DNA from: Pseudomonadota bacterium
GTDB lineage: Bacteria > Pseudomonadota > Gammaproteobacteria > Steroidobacterales > JBCCMA01
Direction of reading: 5' to 3'
Length of the DNA: 62,716 bases
Assembly: GCA_039026595.1 (NCBI GenBank)
Contig: JBCCMA010000003.1
Location: forward strand, 1 to 62,716
A model generated the notes under the pieces. It did not search any database and was not told the DNA's origin. It worked only from the letters and a program-made list of their open reading frames with translations. Below, in pieces: positions 59,707-62,716 of the stretch. The position numbers were made by a program, and so were the translations under genes. The stretch's first letter is position 1. Each line of letters starts with the position of its first letter.

Positions 59707-60765
59707 TTATATCATCAATTCGACTTTCCCTTGTTCCACGTGGAACACGTGACCGACCGGTCGATCAGGCAGGACAGCTGCGTCCAGCGCTGTGACAAAG
59801 CGTTGAACCGGCAACTCGGCCGTGACGCTCAGTAGACGACCCAAGCTCTTTTGATCCAGTTCGGCGGCCGGGTCATCAAGGAGCAGCACGGGCGACCGCT
59901 TACCCGCTTTTTCCACAAGCGAAACCTGCGCAAGCACAAGTGCCGCAGCCAGCAGTTTTTGCTGGCCGCGGGAAACGCGATCACGGGCCATACGATCTGA
60001 AAAGCGAAGTTTCAGGTCCGCGCGCTGCGGTCCAACGTGCGTCATGTGTAATCGGGCATCTCGATCCCAGGATTCGTTAATGGCATCCCGCAGCCCCGAT
60101 TCGTCGGACCAGCCGCGGGAATAAACCACTGCCGCCGGCACGTCGAGCAGTCGGGCGACGATTTTCTGAAACTCCGGCATCAGGTCGGCAAGATAGGTCG
60201 CCCGACACTGATCGACGGCCTCCCCAGCGGCCACAAGCGCATCTTCCCACACCGCCGCCTCACGGCGTTGCCCGCCTTGCCTCAGTACGGCATTCCTCTG
60301 ACGAAGCGCTCTTTGATAACGCCGCCACTCCTCGAGAAACGTATGTTTCACGTGGAACACACCCCAATCGAGAAACGCCCGCCGCTGGCTTGGACCTGAC
60401 TCAACCAGACGGTGGATTCCGGGTTCGATCACCTGAATCGGCAAGGCGCGGATCAACGCCTCAATTTTACCCGCCACATGACCATCGACACGGATCCGAA
60501 GCGCGTCCCCACCGCCCTCAACCCCGAGTGAGTTAGGTGCACCATCGATATCGCAACGCACGACAAACCTTCGCTCACCGTCTCGCACAAGCCCACGCGT
60601 GCGCGTCGATCGGAATGATCGCCCGCGCCCCAGGAAATAAAGACTCTCAAGAAAACTGGTTTTCCCGCTACCGTTGGGACCAACGATCAGATTGAAAGCG
60701 GGATGACAGGCTACATCGACCTGCTGCAAACACCGGAAATCATGGATGGCGGCCGTCGTTAGCAA
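59707..60765 (-). CDS. recF: DNA replication/repair protein RecF
   Basis: GPNGSGKT, GRSFR, RRAFLDWG, SRGQQKL, LLLDDPAAELD. Confidence 0.96.
   Translation of the reverse strand: MLTTAAIHDFRCLQQVDVACHPAFNLIVGPNGSGKTSFLESLYFLGRGRSFRSTRTRGLVRDGERRFVVRCDIDGAPNSLGVEGGGDALRIRVDGHVAGKIEALIRALPIQVIEPGIHRLVESGPSQRRAFLDWGVFHVKHTFLEEWRRYQRALRQRNAVLRQGGQRREAAVWEDALVAAGEAVDQCRATYLADLMPEFQKIVARLLDVPAAVVYSRGWSDESGLRDAINESWDRDARLHMTHVGPQRADLKLRFSDRMARDRVSRGQQKLLAAALVLAQVSLVEKAGKRSPVLLLDDPAAELDQKSLGRLLSVTAELPVQRFVTALDAAVLPDRPVGHVFHVEQGKVELMI
59732..59747. other. parS site TGTTCCACGTGGAACA
   Basis: Perfect 16-bp palindrome matching the parS consensus, inside recF, near oriC. Confidence 0.9.
60344..60359. other. 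parS site TGTTTCACGTGGAACA
   Basis: Matches the TGTTNCACGTGNAACA consensus, inside recF. Confidence 0.88.
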
Positions 60766-60786
60766 CGGCCGCTCCCTTGTCGATGC

Positions 60787-61887
60787 CTACAGCCGCATTG
60801 GCATAACAACGTAAGTACACCGCGTTTCGCCGGGGTCCCGGATGATGCAGCTGCTATTCGCATCCGTTACCTGCATTTCCACTTGATCGTGTTCAAGGGC
60901 CCCCAACGCATCCAATAAATAGTTGACGTTAAAGCCAATCTCAACGCCACTGCCCACGTACTCCACTTCCAGCTGTTCTTCCGCTTCCTCTTGCTCGGGG
61001 TTATGCGCCTGAATCAGCAAGGTCGTGTCTTTGAGTTCCAGCCGGATACCACGGTATTTCTCGTTTGACAGGATCGCTGTGCGTTGCAGCGCCTTACGCA
61101 AGGCGTCGCGCTCCGCCTTCAGGCCCTCATTTTGCGATTTGGGTATCACGCGCTCGTACTCCGGGAATCGGCCGTCGACAAGCTTGGAAGTGAAACGCAG
61201 TGACGCGATCTCCACGCGCGCATGGTTACTGCCAATCGACATACGAATATCGGGCCCGTCATCCGACAGCATCCGATAAAGCTCCAGCACGCCCTTCCTT
61301 GGAATAATCACCTGCTGCTGCGCGTTGCCACCGTGTTCGAGCTCCACATCGCAGAGCGCCAGGCGATGCCCGTCGGTCGCGACGGAGCGAATGCGTTTGT
61401 TGCCCACCTCGAGAAGCAAACCGTTGAGGTAGTAGCGGACATCCTGATTGGCCATCGCGAACTGCGTCTTTTCAAGCAGTCGTTTTAATTCAGACTGAGG
61501 CAACGTGAGCGTTTGCTGCGCACCAATGTTGTCCACCGTTGGGAATTCGTCCGCCGGGAGCGTTGATAGCGTAAAGCGGCTGCGAGCTGCCGTGACCGTT
61601 ACACGATCGCCTTTTAACGTGACAGTGACAGGCGTGCCCTCCGGCAACGCTCGGCATATATCCAGAAACTTCCGACCCGGCACTGTGACGGTGCCCTCTT
61701 CAAGTATCTCGGCCCCGCCAGTCGCCATGAGCTCGACTTCAAGATCTGTGGCAGTCACGGTCAACGACTCACCTTCAGCCACCAACAGGAAGTTCGCCAG
61801 AATCGGCATGGTTTGGCGTCTCTCTACCACGCCCACGATGGCCTGCAGTGGCGTTAACAGATTTTCTCTCGAGACTCGAAATTTCAT
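60787..61887 (-). CDS. dnaN: DNA polymerase III beta clamp
   Basis: 366 aa from MKFRVSRE; ATDLEVEL, QDVRYYLNG, ATDGHRLA, YVVMPMRL. Confidence 0.98.
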   Translation of the reverse strand: MKFRVSRENLLTPLQAIVGVVERRQTMPILANFLLVAEGESLTVTATDLEVELMATGGAEILEEGTVTVPGRKFLDICRALPEGTPVTVTLKGDRVTVTAARSRFTLSTLPADEFPTVDNIGAQQTLTLPQSELKRLLEKTQFAMANQDVRYYLNGLLLEVGNKRIRSVATDGHRLALCDVELEHGGNAQQQVIIPRKGVLELYRMLSDDGPDIRMSIGSNHARVEIASLRFTSKLVDGRFPEYERVIPKSQNEGLKAERDALRKALQRTAILSNEKYRGIRLELKDTTLLIQAHNPEQEEAEEQLEVEYVGSGVEIGFNVNYLLDALGALEHDQVEMQVTDANSSCIIRDPGETRCTYVVMPMRL

Positions 61888-62104
61888 TCGGGCGTGTCCT
61901 ATTAACAAGATTTATAAAATATTAATTAAGAATTGTTGTTGTTGTTGGGCTCGAAGGCAGCGGTGGAAAAAAACTAAAAATATAATAAAATCAATTTCTT
62001 AAACTCAGAATTTGCGCGTGTAACCGGTTGATCAACCCGGTGTACAGCCTGTGGAAAACCTCTGCATGAAATGGCATGCCGATGTTGTCCACAGCTTATC
62101 CACA
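61888..62104. other. Replication origin (oriC, or part of it) between dnaA and dnaN
   Basis: DnaA boxes TTATCCACA (62096-62104), TTGTCCACA (62085-62093), TGTGGAAAA (62050-62058) and GGTGGAAAA (61962-61970); IHF-type AATCAATTTCTTA (61989-62001); AT-rich tract about 61900-61934; (TTG)5 at 61933-61947. Confidence 0.88.
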
Positions 62105-62716
62105 CTAACCATCCAGCTTTCTCAACAGGTTGTTATAGTCTTCTTCCACAGAGGAGTTGGTCGACCGTAACTCCTTGATTTTACGGCACGCGTGCATCAC
62201 GGTCGTATGGTCGCGGCCGCCGAACGCCTCGCCGATTTCCGGCAGGCTGTGGTTGGTGAGTTCTTTGGACAGGGCCATGGCCATCTGCCGAGGACGCGTG
62301 ATTGCGCGTCGCCGACTGGCCGACTGGAGATCACTCAAACGGATCTTGAAGTACTCGACCACCGTTTTCTTGATGTTGTCGACGCTGACCAGGCGGTCCC
62401 GACGTTGTACGAAGTCGTGGAGGATTTCGCGCGTGACGTCGACCGTGATGGGTGCGCCCCGGAAGTTGGCGCCTGCGATCAGTCTTGTTAGCGCACCCTC
62501 GAGCTCTCGCACGTTGGAGCGGACCAGTCTTGCAATGAAAAACGCCACATCGTCATCGAGCGCAACGCCCATCGACAGGCCTTTGCGTTTGAGAATGGCG
62601 ACGCTGGTTTCGAGCTCCGGCGGCTCAATAGCTACTGTGATGCCCCAGCCAAACCGGGATCTTAGCCGTTCCTCAAGCCCTTCCACCTCGCGCGGGTAGC
62701 TGTCGCATGTGAGAAC
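62105..62716 (-). CDS. dnaA: Chromosomal replication initiator DnaA, C-terminal part (truncated by the window)
   Basis: [46 protein letters not shown]. Confidence 0.99.
   Translation of the reverse strand, partial: VLTCDSYPREVEGLEERLRSRFGWGITVAIEPPELETSVAILKRKGLSMGVALDDDVAFFIARLVRSNVRELEGALTRLIAGANFRGAPITVDVTREILHDFVQRRDRLVSVDNIKKTVVEYFKIRLSDLQSASRRRAITRPRQMAMALSKELTNHSLPEIGEAFGGRDHTTVMHACRKIKELRSTNSSVEEDYNNLLRKLDG

Overview
GC-rich gammaproteobacterial chromosome segment next to the replication origin. Gene content and order suggest a Steroidobacterales/Woeseiaceae-like organism (inference only). The right end holds partial dnaA, oriC, dnaN, recF and gyrB, with DnaA boxes, an IHF site, an AT-rich unwinding region and two parS palindromes inside recF. 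Other core loci are glyQS-gmhB-plsC, glnA-ntrBC (sigma54 promoter and two NtrC sites), tamAB, gpmI-envC-ctpA, rhodanese-grxC-secB-gpsA, trmL, tdk and a complete trpEGDCFBA operon with a WWW leader peptide and attenuator. No rRNA, tRNA, CRISPR array, transposase, integrase or prophage was recognised. The best candidate for an undescribed system is a head-to-head pair, outside any flagellar or ICE context: an FlhC-like zinc-finger gene and a gene encoding two fused FlhD-like repeats, i.e. a possible single-chain FlhD dimer. Other notable items are a Tat-exported, circularly permuted flavin amine oxidase, a Ser-nucleophile proteasome-beta (BPH-like) gene coupled to a RanBP2-type zinc-finger protein, an orphan HMG-CoA synthase, a putative iota carbonic anhydrase, an apparently leaderless trpL, non-canonical DnaA-trio-like repeats and a gene remnant behind tdk. 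All family calls come from motif recognition by eye; no searches were run.
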